Source: a virus
Taxonomy: Duplodnaviria > Heunggongvirae > Uroviricota > Caudoviricetes
Virus record (IMG/VR): IMGVR_UViG_2713896906_000008
Direction: 5' to 3' (one strand)
Length of the DNA: 38,183 nt
Within the stretch, counting starts at the first letter, position 1; every line of letters starts with the position of its first letter. The position numbers and the translations under genes were made by a program. The notes below the pieces were generated by a model. It ran no database searches and was not told where the DNA came from. It saw only the letters and a list, made by a program, of their open reading frames with translations. Below are positions 17,338 to 25,887 of the stretch, one piece after another.

Positions 17338-18396
17338 ATGAAGAAGAATACCCGCTTTGCTTTTAACGCTTACCTGCAGCAACTGGCGCGTCTGAACGGT
17401 GTGGCAGTTGAAGAACTGTCCAGCAAGTTCACCGTAGAGCCGTCCATGCAGCAGACATTGGAAGACCAGATCCAGCAGTCCGCCGCTTTCCTGACGCTGA
17501 TTAACGTCACGCCAGTGACTGAGCAGTCCGGTCAGCTGCTGGGGTTGGGAGTTGGCAGCACCATTGCCGGAACCACTGATACCACCGCGAAAGAGCGTGA
17601 ACCTGTCGATCCGACGCTGATGGTCGATGTGGAATATAAATGCGAGCAGACCAACTTTGACACGGTACTGACCTACGCGAAGCTGGACCTGTGGGCGAAG
17701 TTTCAGGATTTTCAGGTGCGTATCCGTGACGCCATCGTGAAACGTCAGGCACTGGACCGCATCATGATCGGCTTTAACGGCGTGAAGCGTGCGAAAACCT
17801 CCAACCGTAGCGAAAACCCGCTACTGCAGGATGTGAATAAAGGCTGGCTGCAGAAAATCCGTGAGGATGCACCGGATCACGTCATGGGCAGCACCACCAC
17901 GGGCGGTGAAACCACACCGGGTGCGGTGAAAGTCGGGAAAGGTGGCGAATATGCCAACCTGGACGCCGTGGTGATGGATGCCGTTAACGAGCTTATCGAC
18001 GTGGTCTATCAGGACGATGACGATCTGGTGGTGATTTGCGGTCGTGAACTGCTGTCTGACAAGTATTTCCCGCTGGTCAACAAAGAGCAGGAAAACAGTG
18101 AAAAACTGGCTGCCGATATGATCATCAGTCAGAAACGCATGGGTGGCCTGCAGGCCGTGCGTGCGCCGTTCTTCCCGCCGAATGCGCTGCTGATCACCCG
18201 TCTGGATAACCTGTCCATCTATTGGCAGGAAGACACCCGCCGCCGTTCAGTTATCGACAACCCGAAACGTGACCGGATTGAAAACTTTGAATCCGTTAAC
18301 GAAGCCTATGTGGTTGAGGACTACCGCTGCGCCGCACTGGTGGAAAACATCCAGATTGGTGATTTCAGCGCCGCCGCAGCCGAAACCGGAGCGTAA
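17338..18396 (+). CDS. N: major capsid protein (P2 gpN family)
   Basis: 352 aa, follows O. Confidence 0.9.
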   Translation: MKKNTRFAFNAYLQQLARLNGVAVEELSSKFTVEPSMQQTLEDQIQQSAAFLTLINVTPVTEQSGQLLGLGVGSTIAGTTDTTAKEREPVDPTLMVDVEYKCEQTNFDTVLTYAKLDLWAKFQDFQVRIRDAIVKRQALDRIMIGFNGVKRAKTSNRSENPLLQDVNKGWLQKIREDAPDHVMGSTTTGGETTPGAVKVGKGGEYANLDAVVMDAVNELIDVVYQDDDDLVVICGRELLSDKYFPLVNKEQENSEKLAADMIISQKRMGGLQAVRAPFFPPNALLITRLDNLSIYWQEDTRRRSVIDNPKRDRIENFESVNEAYVVEDYRCAALVENIQIGDFSAAAAETGA

Positions 18397-18399
18397 TCC

Positions 18400-19050
18400 A
18401 TGAGCCTGAGTCCCGCACGGCAGCATCGCCTGCGCGTTCAGGCTGAACAGGCCGCCCGTGAGGGCGGCAGTGTTCGCCACGCGTCGGGCTATGACCTGAT
18501 GCTGCTGCAACTGGCGGAAGACCGACGCCGTCTCAAGGGCGTTCAGTCCACGGTGAAAAAAGCGGAAATCAAGGTGGAGCTGCTGCCGAAGTACGCCGCC
18601 TGGGCAGAGGGCGTCCTGGCTGCCGGAGGCACTCAACAGGATGACGTGCTGATGTACGTGATGCTGTGGCGCATTGATGCCGGAGATTATGCCGGGGCGC
18701 TGGAGATCGGGCGTCATGCCCTGCGTCATGGCTGGGTGATGCCACTGGGTAACCGCAATGTGCAGACCGTGCTGGCAGAGGAAATGGCAGACGCGGCGCA
18801 GAGCGCAATGCTTGCCGCCACCGGCTTTGATGCCGATCTGTTGCTGCAGACGCTGGAGCTGACAGACGGTCTGGATATGCCGGACCAGTCACGGGCGCGT
18901 CTGCATAAAGCGATTGGCGCTGTCCTGAGTGAAAGCAATCCGGCTTCCGCCCTTAATCATCTCAACCATGCGTTACAGCTCGATCCCCGCTGTGGCGTGA
19001 AAAAAGACAAACAGCAGCTGGAGCGCAGACTGCGCAATGACAGCCGCTGA
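18400..19050 (+). CDS. M: terminase small/endonuclease subunit (P2 gpM family)
   Basis: 216 aa, follows N. Confidence 0.85.
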   Translation: MSLSPARQHRLRVQAEQAAREGGSVRHASGYDLMLLQLAEDRRRLKGVQSTVKKAEIKVELLPKYAAWAEGVLAAGGTQQDDVLMYVMLWRIDAGDYAGALEIGRHALRHGWVMPLGNRNVQTVLAEEMADAAQSAMLAATGFDADLLLQTLELTDGLDMPDQSRARLHKAIGAVLSESNPASALNHLNHALQLDPRCGVKKDKQQLERRLRNDSR

Positions 19051-19145
19051 CAGAACGTGCCCCCGCGCACGGGCGGCACGGGGTGGCGAAAGGCACTGCC
19101 ACATCAAAACCCCGTCCACCGCCCTCTATTTCAGGAGAAAGCAGC

Positions 19146-19610
19146 ATGAAGTTTGTTGCGCCAGAACAGGCACCGGAACAGGCGGAAATCATCAGAAATA
19201 CGCCGTTCTGGCCTGATGTGGACCTGTCGGAGTTCCGCAGTGTGATGCGCACTGACGGCACGGTGACGCAGCCGCGTTTAAAGCAGGTTGCGCTGTCGGC
19301 AATTTCGGAGGTCAATGCAGAGCTGTATGAGTTTCGCAGACGCCAGCAGATGCTGGGATATGCCTCGCTGGCAGAGGTTCCGTCGGAACAGCTGGACGGC
19401 AAAAGTGAGCGCATTCAGCACTATTTCAACGCGGTTTACTGCTGGGCACGCGCCATGCTCAACGAACGATACCAGGACTATGACGCCACGGCATCCGGTG
19501 TGAAGCGGGGCGAAGAACTGGCAGAAGCCAGCGGTGATTTGTGGCGTGACGCCCGCTGGGCCATCAGCCGGGTGCAGGATGCGCCGCACTGCACAGTGGA
19601 GCTTATCTGA
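19146..19610 (+). CDS. L: head completion protein (P2 gpL family)
   Basis: ATG 19146 with AGGAGA SD (track start 19083 is upstream of the SD). Confidence 0.8.
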   Translation: MKFVAPEQAPEQAEIIRNTPFWPDVDLSEFRSVMRTDGTVTQPRLKQVALSAISEVNAELYEFRRRQQMLGYASLAEVPSEQLDGKSERIQHYFNAVYCWARAMLNERYQDYDATASGVKRGEELAEASGDLWRDARWAISRVQDAPHCTVELI

Positions 19611-19813
19611 TGAAAGTGCGTGCGCATCAGTATGACACGGTGGACGCGCTTTGCTGGCGTCATTACGGGCGCACGCAGGGTGTCACGGAGCAGGTACTGA
19701 AGGCAAATCCGGGGCTTGCCGAATACGGCCCCTTTTTACCTCACGGGCTGCAGGTGGAGCTGCCGGACATTCCGACCACCACCACCGTGCAGACCGTCCA
19801 GCTATGGGACTGA
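19610..19813 (+). CDS. X: tail protein X
   Basis: 67 aa, MKVRAHQYDTVDALCWRHYG... as P2 gpX; TGATG overlap with L. Confidence 0.8.
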   Translation: MKVRAHQYDTVDALCWRHYGRTQGVTEQVLKANPGLAEYGPFLPHGLQVELPDIPTTTTVQTVQLWD

Positions 19814-19816
19814 ATT

Positions 19817-20032
19817 ATGACGCTTGAGCGAATCAGCGCCTTTATCACGTATTGCATCGCCGTCGTGCTGGCCTGGCTGGGAGATTTGTCCATCAAGGAT
19901 GCCTCAACGCTGGGCGGCCTGATGATTGGTGTGCTGATGCTGGCTATCAACTGGTACTACAAACACAAAGCCTACCAGCTTCTGCGCGACGGGCAGATCT
20001 CGCGGGAGGACTATGAATCCATCAATCGTTAA
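19817..20032 (+). CDS. holin (two TM helices)
   Basis: 71 aa with two hydrophobic segments and charged C-terminus, directly before the endolysin. Confidence 0.7.
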   Translation: MTLERISAFITYCIAVVLAWLGDLSIKDASTLGGLMIGVLMLAINWYYKHKAYQLLRDGQISREDYESINR

Positions 20033-20528
20033 ACGCTGCCTTGTCGGGGCCGTGCTGGCTATTGCTGCCACGCTGCCGGGTTTTCAGCAGCTTCACACCT
20101 CCGTGGAGGGGCTGAAACTGATTGCCGATTACGAAGGTTGTCGTCTGCAGCCGTATCAGTGCAGCGCGGGTGTCTGGACCGACGGCATTGGTAATACATC
20201 GGGCGTCATTCCCGGCAAAACAATCACGGAACGACAGGCAGCAGAAGGGCTGATCTCCAACGTGCTGCGTGTGGAGCGGGCGCTGGAAAGATGTGTGAAG
20301 CAACAGCCACCGCAGAAGGTGTATGACGCTACGGTGTCGTTTGCCTTCAACGTGGGGACGGGCAATGCCTGTAGTTCCACGCTGGTGAAATTGCTCAATC
20401 AGCGGCGCTGGGCGGATGCATGCCGACAGTTGCCGCGCTGGGTTTATGTGAAAGGTGTTTTTAATCAAGGGCTGGATAATCGCCGTGCGCGGGAGATGGC
20501 CTGGTGCCTTAAAGGAGCTGGACTATGA
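20013..20528 (+). CDS. SAR-type endolysin (T4-lysozyme-like, GH24)
   Basis: N-terminal hydrophobic signal-anchor CLVGAVLAIAATLPG; E-x8-D-x5-T catalytic triad (EGLKLIADYEGCRLQPYQCSAGVWTDGIGNT). Confidence 0.85.
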   Translation: MNPSIVKRCLVGAVLAIAATLPGFQQLHTSVEGLKLIADYEGCRLQPYQCSAGVWTDGIGNTSGVIPGKTITERQAAEGLISNVLRVERALERCVKQQPPQKVYDATVSFAFNVGTGNACSSTLVKLLNQRRWADACRQLPRWVYVKGVFNQGLDNRRAREMAWCLKGAGL

Positions 20529-20953
20529 CACGTGCGCTGGCGGTAGTGGCGGCGCTGGCACTCGTTGCGCTGGGCTGGCAGTCGTGGCGGCTTAACAGCG
20601 CCAGCCACACCATCGAAATGCAGCGCGCGGCGCTGAAAAGTAAAGCGCACGAACTAACGAAGAAAAATAGCCAGCTGATCAGTCTGTCCATTCTGGCTGA
20701 AACCAACAATCGGGAGCAGGCGCGGCTCTACGCCGAAGCAGAACAGACCAGTGCACTGCTGAGACAACGACAACGCCGGATTGAGGAACTGAAACGTGAG
20801 AACGAGGATTTACGCCGCTGGGCTGATACTCCTTTGCCTGCTGACATTATCCGGCTGCGGAAACGTCCGGCATTCACCGGAGGTGCAGCTTACCGTCAGT
20901 GGTTGTCCGCGAGTGACGCCGTGTCGGCTGGATCAGGCAACGCCGCGCACTAA
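20525..20953 (+). CDS. lysB: i-spanin (LysB/Rz-like)
   Basis: N-terminal TM, coiled-coil-like charged body; ATGA overlap with endolysin. Confidence 0.75.
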   Translation: MTRALAVVAALALVALGWQSWRLNSASHTIEMQRAALKSKAHELTKKNSQLISLSILAETNNREQARLYAEAEQTSALLRQRQRRIEELKRENEDLRRWADTPLPADIIRLRKRPAFTGGAAYRQWLSASDAVSAGSGNAAH

Positions 20954-21086
20954 CGGTGATCTGAACGCATTGCTGGATGAAACGGAAGCCGCCTGGGCGG
21001 TCTGTGCAGACAAAGTGGACATGATTATTGCGTGTCAGGAGCGAAACAGTGAACAAACCACAATCCCTGCGCCACGCCCTCAATAA
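20796..21086 (+). CDS. lysC: o-spanin lipoprotein (LysC/Rz1-like), start embedded in lysB in the +1 frame
   Basis: Lipobox LTLSGC after signal peptide MRTRIYAAGLILLCL. Confidence 0.75.
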   Translation: MRTRIYAAGLILLCLLTLSGCGNVRHSPEVQLTVSGCPRVTPCRLDQATPRTNGDLNALLDETEAAWAVCADKVDMIIACQERNSEQTTIPAPRPQ

Positions 21087-21480
21087 AGCGGTGCCTTATG
21101 TCCGCAATAACCCGGACAAACTGCATCTGTTTGTGGATAACGGTTCGCTGGTTGCTACGGGGGCCAGCTCCATGTCATGGGAGTACCGTTACACCCTGAA
21201 CGTGGTGATTGAGGATTTCAGCGGCGACCAGAATCTGCTGATGGCCCCGGTTTTGCTGTGGCTGCGGGATAACCAGCCCGATGCCATCAATAACCCGGCG
21301 TTACGGGAAAAGCTATTCACCTTTGAGGTGGATATTCTGCGCAACGATGTCTGTGATATCAGCCTTAACCTGCAACTGACGGAGCGTGTGCTGGTCAGCA
21401 CTGACGGCAATGTGTCGAGTGTTGAAGCTGTAGCGGAACCCGATGAACCTGAAGAAATGTGGACGGTGAAACGTGGCTGA
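21049..21480 (+). CDS. R: tail completion protein R
   Basis: GTG start with AGGAG SD; (M)NKPQSLRHALNKAV... parallels P2 gpR N-terminus. Confidence 0.8.
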   Translation: MNKPQSLRHALNKAVPYVRNNPDKLHLFVDNGSLVATGASSMSWEYRYTLNVVIEDFSGDQNLLMAPVLLWLRDNQPDAINNPALREKLFTFEVDILRNDVCDISLNLQLTERVLVSTDGNVSSVEAVAEPDEPEEMWTVKRG

Positions 21481-21922
21481 ACTGCAGAAAGTGGACGACT
21501 GGCTGAGTGCTTTGTTGGCGAATCTGGAACCAGCCGCCAGAAGCCGCATGATGCGCCAGCTGGCGCAGGAACTGCGCCGGACACAGCAGCAGAATATCAG
21601 GATGCAGCGCAACCCTGATGGCAGCAGCTATGAACCTCGACGGGTAACAGCACGCAGTAAAAAGGGACGCATAAAACGCCAGATGTTTGCAAAGCTTCGC
21701 ACCACAAAATACCTGAAAACTGCCGCCAGCGTGGACTCTGCCAGCGTGCAGTTTGAAGGTAAGGTACAGCGCATTGCCCGTGTTCACCATTACGGCCTGC
21801 GTGATCGCGTCAGTCGAAAAGGACCGGAGGTCCGCTATGCAGAGCGCCGCTTGCTGGGTTATAGTAATAATAGTTATCTAATCGTTAGTGATTTACTAAT
21901 GAAATGGCTAACGCATCGTTAG
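21473..21922 (+). CDS. S: tail completion protein S (3' end apparently altered by adjacent cargo insertion)
   Basis: 149 aa, MAELQKVDDWL...; last ~20 codons abruptly AT-rich. Confidence 0.8.
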   Translation: MAELQKVDDWLSALLANLEPAARSRMMRQLAQELRRTQQQNIRMQRNPDGSSYEPRRVTARSKKGRIKRQMFAKLRTTKYLKTAASVDSASVQFEGKVQRIARVHHYGLRDRVSRKGPEVRYAERRLLGYSNNSYLIVSDLLMKWLTHR

Positions 21923-21933
21923 CCATTACGAGA

Positions 21934-23199
21934 TTAATGAGTTTTAAGTGCCTCTGTTAAAGATTTTCGATGATGTTCCCAAAAGGCAAAATCATTTACG
22001 TTTGAACTAAACCTCAAATGCTCTTCAGAATATATTGTTTCACGGTGATCGCATCCAAGAAGACATAGAATTAATCTGGTTAGATATATTGTTAAGTGTT
22101 CACAAGCAACTGCAATGTTTATCAAGTTGTCACTTGGTATAATTACACCATGTATAATTATATTTCTGATTTCAGAAAGTCCTAGCTTACCAGATTCATT
22201 AAATAATGGCCATAAGTCATGAGTATGGATTAAATGTTCTTTAAGAAATTCTTGTGTGGCATCTTTTAATGATATTCTATTCAGTTCTCCTAGTTTGCTT
22301 TTTATTTTTCCTCTAGTTGTTGAATCTTTGATAACGTCCTGGGTGATGACTCTTTCAATTGTTTGTCTTAATGATTTAAACTCGCTTTCACATAGAATGA
22401 AGGACGTATTGTTTTTTTCTTTATGAGTTAAGATAATAGATTCAAAAGATTGGAAAAGTGAAAGGTATCGAGACTCAAGATATTGGTTTGATGCATTGAG
22501 GACATTAATGGCTAATCGGATGTTCTGTCTGTAATGGGATGACAAATATGTGTGAAACATATTTTCAATATTTTCTTTGGCTTGTAATGGCATCATCAAG
22601 TGTTCTTTTTTGGTATCCTTAATAGGATTTTTTATCCTACAGCGAAAAACTGTATATACACCATCATTAGATTTTAGGTTCCAGTAACGACAAACTACTT
22701 TGTTACTATTGAGAAATGATAAGATATCATTAAATGCGTCAATTTTGTCAATGTAGTTATTTCTTACATCATCAATGGTTAAATTAGAGTTATTGGACTT
22801 TATTTTTAGGATTTGTTTTGTGCTGATTTCAAATTTTTCATTGCGCTCTAGTTTTGATTCGATATCTAATTTTATATCTTCGTTATTATTAAGTTTAACA
22901 ATAATAGGCTCTGATTTTGTAAGAGATATGTTACCATCCGAAGATGGATTGTACTGAATGTTAGGGGAGAGTAGTTGATGGTCACTGTTGTAGAATGTTA
23001 TTTCCGTATCCGGCGTATTATGTGCTTTATTATTTATAATGACTTCATTGGGAATGATGTTAAATGTATAGTGTTGAGTTTTTCCTGAGTGACAGTCGGC
23101 GATGTTTTCTATTCTACAATCGATTAGTTTTATCACTGAGCGAACATCACCATTTACATAATGAGTACAAAATTCAATGTCTAAATTATTTTTTTTCAT
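21934..23199 (-). CDS. hypothetical 421-aa cargo protein; possible C-terminal HEPN-like domain (Rx4H motif)
   Basis: AT-rich ORF between S and V; C-terminal alpha-rich region with SEIRNIIIHG (R-x4-H). Confidence 0.65.
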   Translation of the reverse strand: MKKNNLDIEFCTHYVNGDVRSVIKLIDCRIENIADCHSGKTQHYTFNIIPNEVIINNKAHNTPDTEITFYNSDHQLLSPNIQYNPSSDGNISLTKSEPIIVKLNNNEDIKLDIESKLERNEKFEISTKQILKIKSNNSNLTIDDVRNNYIDKIDAFNDILSFLNSNKVVCRYWNLKSNDGVYTVFRCRIKNPIKDTKKEHLMMPLQAKENIENMFHTYLSSHYRQNIRLAINVLNASNQYLESRYLSLFQSFESIILTHKEKNNTSFILCESEFKSLRQTIERVITQDVIKDSTTRGKIKSKLGELNRISLKDATQEFLKEHLIHTHDLWPLFNESGKLGLSEIRNIIIHGVIIPSDNLINIAVACEHLTIYLTRLILCLLGCDHRETIYSEEHLRFSSNVNDFAFWEHHRKSLTEALKTH

Positions 23200-23380
23200 A
23201 AAGTTTGATGGTTTTTTTACTATAGGTCTTTATCTGAATCCTATCCCAGTTTTCTTTATTGTTGACAGTGACATTGCAAGTCATTTCGATACTGTTTTCT
23301 TTTTTTATAATATCGTTATTAATAGTAATTGGGTTGTGGTCATAAAAAAAAGTAACTTTAATTGATTCATACGTGTTCAC
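23186..23380 (-). CDS. small 64-aa protein, first gene of the S-V cargo operon
   Basis: GTG start preceded by AGGAGA 9 nt upstream; 14-nt overlap with the 421-aa ORF. Confidence 0.55.
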   Translation of the reverse strand: MNTYESIKVTFFYDHNPITINNDIIKKENSIEMTCNVTVNNKENWDRIQIKTYSKKTIKLYEKK

Positions 23381-23395
23381 TGATGTTTATCTCCT

Positions 23396-23413
23396 TGTGT
23401 GGTAAGCGACACA
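23396..23413. promoter_or_regulatory. Ogr/B-type late-activator dyad TGT-N12-ACA (late promoter of V operon)
   Basis: TGTgtggtaagcgacACA about 60 bp upstream of V start. Confidence 0.6.
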
Positions 23414-23459
23414 ATATTATCAAATTTTGAATCAAGAAAAAGGCTGCCATAGTTGCCTT

Positions 23460-24038
23460 ATGAACGCACAATTAACCGAAATCATGCGCCTTATCACCAA
23501 CCTGATCCGCACTGGGGTAGTCACCGAAGTGGACAGGGAAAACTGGCTTTGCCGAGTGAAAACGGGCGAGCTTGAAACTAACTGGATCAGTTGGCTGACG
23601 TTGCGTGCAGGAAATGCCCGGACATGGTGGCGACCATCGGAAGGTGAGCAGGTGGTGCTGCTGAGTCTGGGCGGAAATCTTGAAACCGCCTTTGCGCTGC
23701 CCGCTGTCTATTCGAATCAGTTTGCGCCACCGTCGACGTCGGCGGACGCCTGTGTGACAGAATATCCTGACGGTGGCTGGTTTGAATACGAACCAGCCAC
23801 CGGGCGCTGGTATGTCAGGGGCATCAAATCCATGGTCATTGAGGCTGCCGATAACATCACCCTGAAAACCAGTGAGTTTATGCTGGAGGCTGAGTGCACG
23901 CGTATTAACAGCGAAGTGGTGGTCAATGGTGGCGTTACTCAGGGCGGCGGAGCGATGAGTTCTAACGGGATCGTGGTTGATGCGCATCAGCATACTGGCG
24001 TCCTGAAAGGCGGCGATACAACCGGAGGCCCGGTATGA
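23460..24038 (+). CDS. V: baseplate spike/assembly protein V
   Basis: MNAQLTEIMRLITNLIRTGVVTEVD... parallels P2 gpV. Confidence 0.88.
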   Translation: MNAQLTEIMRLITNLIRTGVVTEVDRENWLCRVKTGELETNWISWLTLRAGNARTWWRPSEGEQVVLLSLGGNLETAFALPAVYSNQFAPPSTSADACVTEYPDGGWFEYEPATGRWYVRGIKSMVIEAADNITLKTSEFMLEAECTRINSEVVVNGGVTQGGGAMSSNGIVVDAHQHTGVLKGGDTTGGPV

Positions 24039-24394
24039 CGCTTTATAGCGGGATGAACAATACCAGCGGTAAAGCCATTACTGATATTGACCATCTGCGC
24101 CAGTCGGTGCGGGACATTTTGCTGACGCCGCAGGGTAGCCGCATTGCCCGTCGGGAATATGGTTCCCTGCTGTCGGCACTGATAGACCAGCCACAAAATC
24201 CGGCATTACGCCTGCAGGTCATGTCGGCAGTGTATGTGGCGCTGAGTCGCTGGGAGCCACGGCTGACGCTGGATTCCATCACCATTAACAGCAATTTTGA
24301 CGGTTCAATGGTGGTGGAGCTGACCGGGCGGCGTAATAACGGTGTGCCTGTTTCCCTTTCCGTATCAACAGGAGCAGAGAATGGCAGTGATTGA
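24035..24394 (+). CDS. W: baseplate wedge protein W
   Basis: 119 aa, ATGA-coupled to V. Confidence 0.85.
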   Translation: MTLYSGMNNTSGKAITDIDHLRQSVRDILLTPQGSRIARREYGSLLSALIDQPQNPALRLQVMSAVYVALSRWEPRLTLDSITINSNFDGSMVVELTGRRNNGVPVSLSVSTGAENGSD

Positions 24395-25289
24395 CCTTTC
24401 GCAGTTGCCTGCGCCGCAGATTGTGGATGTGCCGGACTTTGAGACGCTGCTTGCCGAACGCAAGGCCGAATTTGTTGCGCTTCATCCGAAAGATGAGCAG
24501 GAAGCAGTGATCCGCACGCTGGAACTGGAATCTGAACCCGTCACCAAATTGCTTCAGGAGAACGCTTACCGTGAGTTGCTTCTGCGCCAGCGCATTAACG
24601 AAGCCGCGCATGCTGTGATGGTGGCTTACGCGATGGGCAGCGATCTTGACCAGCTCGCTGCCAACTACAACGTGAAACGCCTGACGGTGACGCCTGCTGA
24701 TAATGACGCTGTGCCGCCCGTTGCAGCTGTGATGGAAAGCGATGAAGCGTTACGCCTGCGTGTGCCTGCAGCCTTTGAGGGGCTTTCTGTTGCGGGGCCA
24801 ACTGCCGCTTATGAGTTTCATGCACGAAGCGCCGACGGTCGGGTGGCGGATGCCAGTGCAACCAGTCCGGCACCTGCAGAGGTGGTGCTGACTGTCCTTA
24901 GCCGCGAAGGCGACGGAACAGCAGAAAAAGACTTGCTGGATGTGGTGGAGAACGCCCTGAACAGTGAGAACGTCCGCCCGGTGGCTGACCGTCTGACGGT
25001 TCGCAGCGCAGAAATCATCCCGTATCGCGTGGAAGCCACCATTTTTCTTTATCCGGGACCGGAAGCAGAGCCGGTAATGGCCGCGGCAAAAGCCAGCCTG
25101 CAGAGGTACATCGCCAGTCAGACGCGGCTTGGTCGGGATATTCGCCGTAGCGCCATCTTTGCCGCCCTGCATGTTGAGGGGGTGCAGCGTGTGGAGCTGG
25201 CTTCGCCGCTGGCAGATGTGGTCCTGAACAAAACACAGGCGGCATCATGTACGCAGTGGAGCGTAACCAACGGAGGAACGGATGAATAG
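24381..25289 (+). CDS. J: baseplate protein J
   Basis: ATG 24381 with AGGAG SD; position and size as P2 gpJ. Confidence 0.88.
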   Translation: MAVIDLSQLPAPQIVDVPDFETLLAERKAEFVALHPKDEQEAVIRTLELESEPVTKLLQENAYRELLLRQRINEAAHAVMVAYAMGSDLDQLAANYNVKRLTVTPADNDAVPPVAAVMESDEALRLRVPAAFEGLSVAGPTAAYEFHARSADGRVADASATSPAPAEVVLTVLSREGDGTAEKDLLDVVENALNSENVRPVADRLTVRSAEIIPYRVEATIFLYPGPEAEPVMAAAKASLQRYIASQTRLGRDIRRSAIFAALHVEGVQRVELASPLADVVLNKTQAASCTQWSVTNGGTDE

Positions 25290-25887
25290 TCTGCTGCCAC
25301 CGGGTTCAACACCACTGGAGCGCCGACTGGCGCGAACCTGCAGCGGGATTTCTGATCTGCAGGTGCCACTGCGTGACTTGTGGAATCCTGCGACCTGTCC
25401 GGTCAGTTTCCTGCCTTATCTCGCCTGGGCGTTCTCTGTGGATCGCTGGGACGAGAGCTGGACAGAAAGCGTCAAACGCCAGGTGGTGAAGGATGCTTTT
25501 TATATTCATCAGCACAAAGGAACCACCAGTGCCGTGCGGCGGGTGGTGGAGCCGTTCGGCTTCCTGATCCGCATTATTGAGTGGTGGCAGACCGGAGAAA
25601 CACCAGGCACGTTTCGCTTGGATATCGGCGTGCAGGATCAGGGCATCACTGAAGATACCTATCTGGAACTTGAGCGGCTGATAAGCGATGCCAAACCATG
25701 TAGCCGTCACATGATCGGCATGTCCATCAATCTGCAGACCAGCGGTCCGCATTGGGTGGGGGCCGCCAGCTATCTTGGCGAAGAAATCACGATCTATCCG
25801 TATATCAACGAAACAATTATTTCCGGCGGCACCGCGCATGAAGGTGGGGCGGTCCATGTTATTGACACAATGAGAGTGAATCCATGA
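25282..25887 (+). CDS. I: baseplate/tail protein I
   Basis: LWNPATCPVSFLPYLAWAFSVDRWDESW parallels P2 gpI. Confidence 0.85.
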   Translation: MNSLLPPGSTPLERRLARTCSGISDLQVPLRDLWNPATCPVSFLPYLAWAFSVDRWDESWTESVKRQVVKDAFYIHQHKGTTSAVRRVVEPFGFLIRIIEWWQTGETPGTFRLDIGVQDQGITEDTYLELERLISDAKPCSRHMIGMSINLQTSGPHWVGAASYLGEEITIYPYINETIISGGTAHEGGAVHVIDTMRVNP

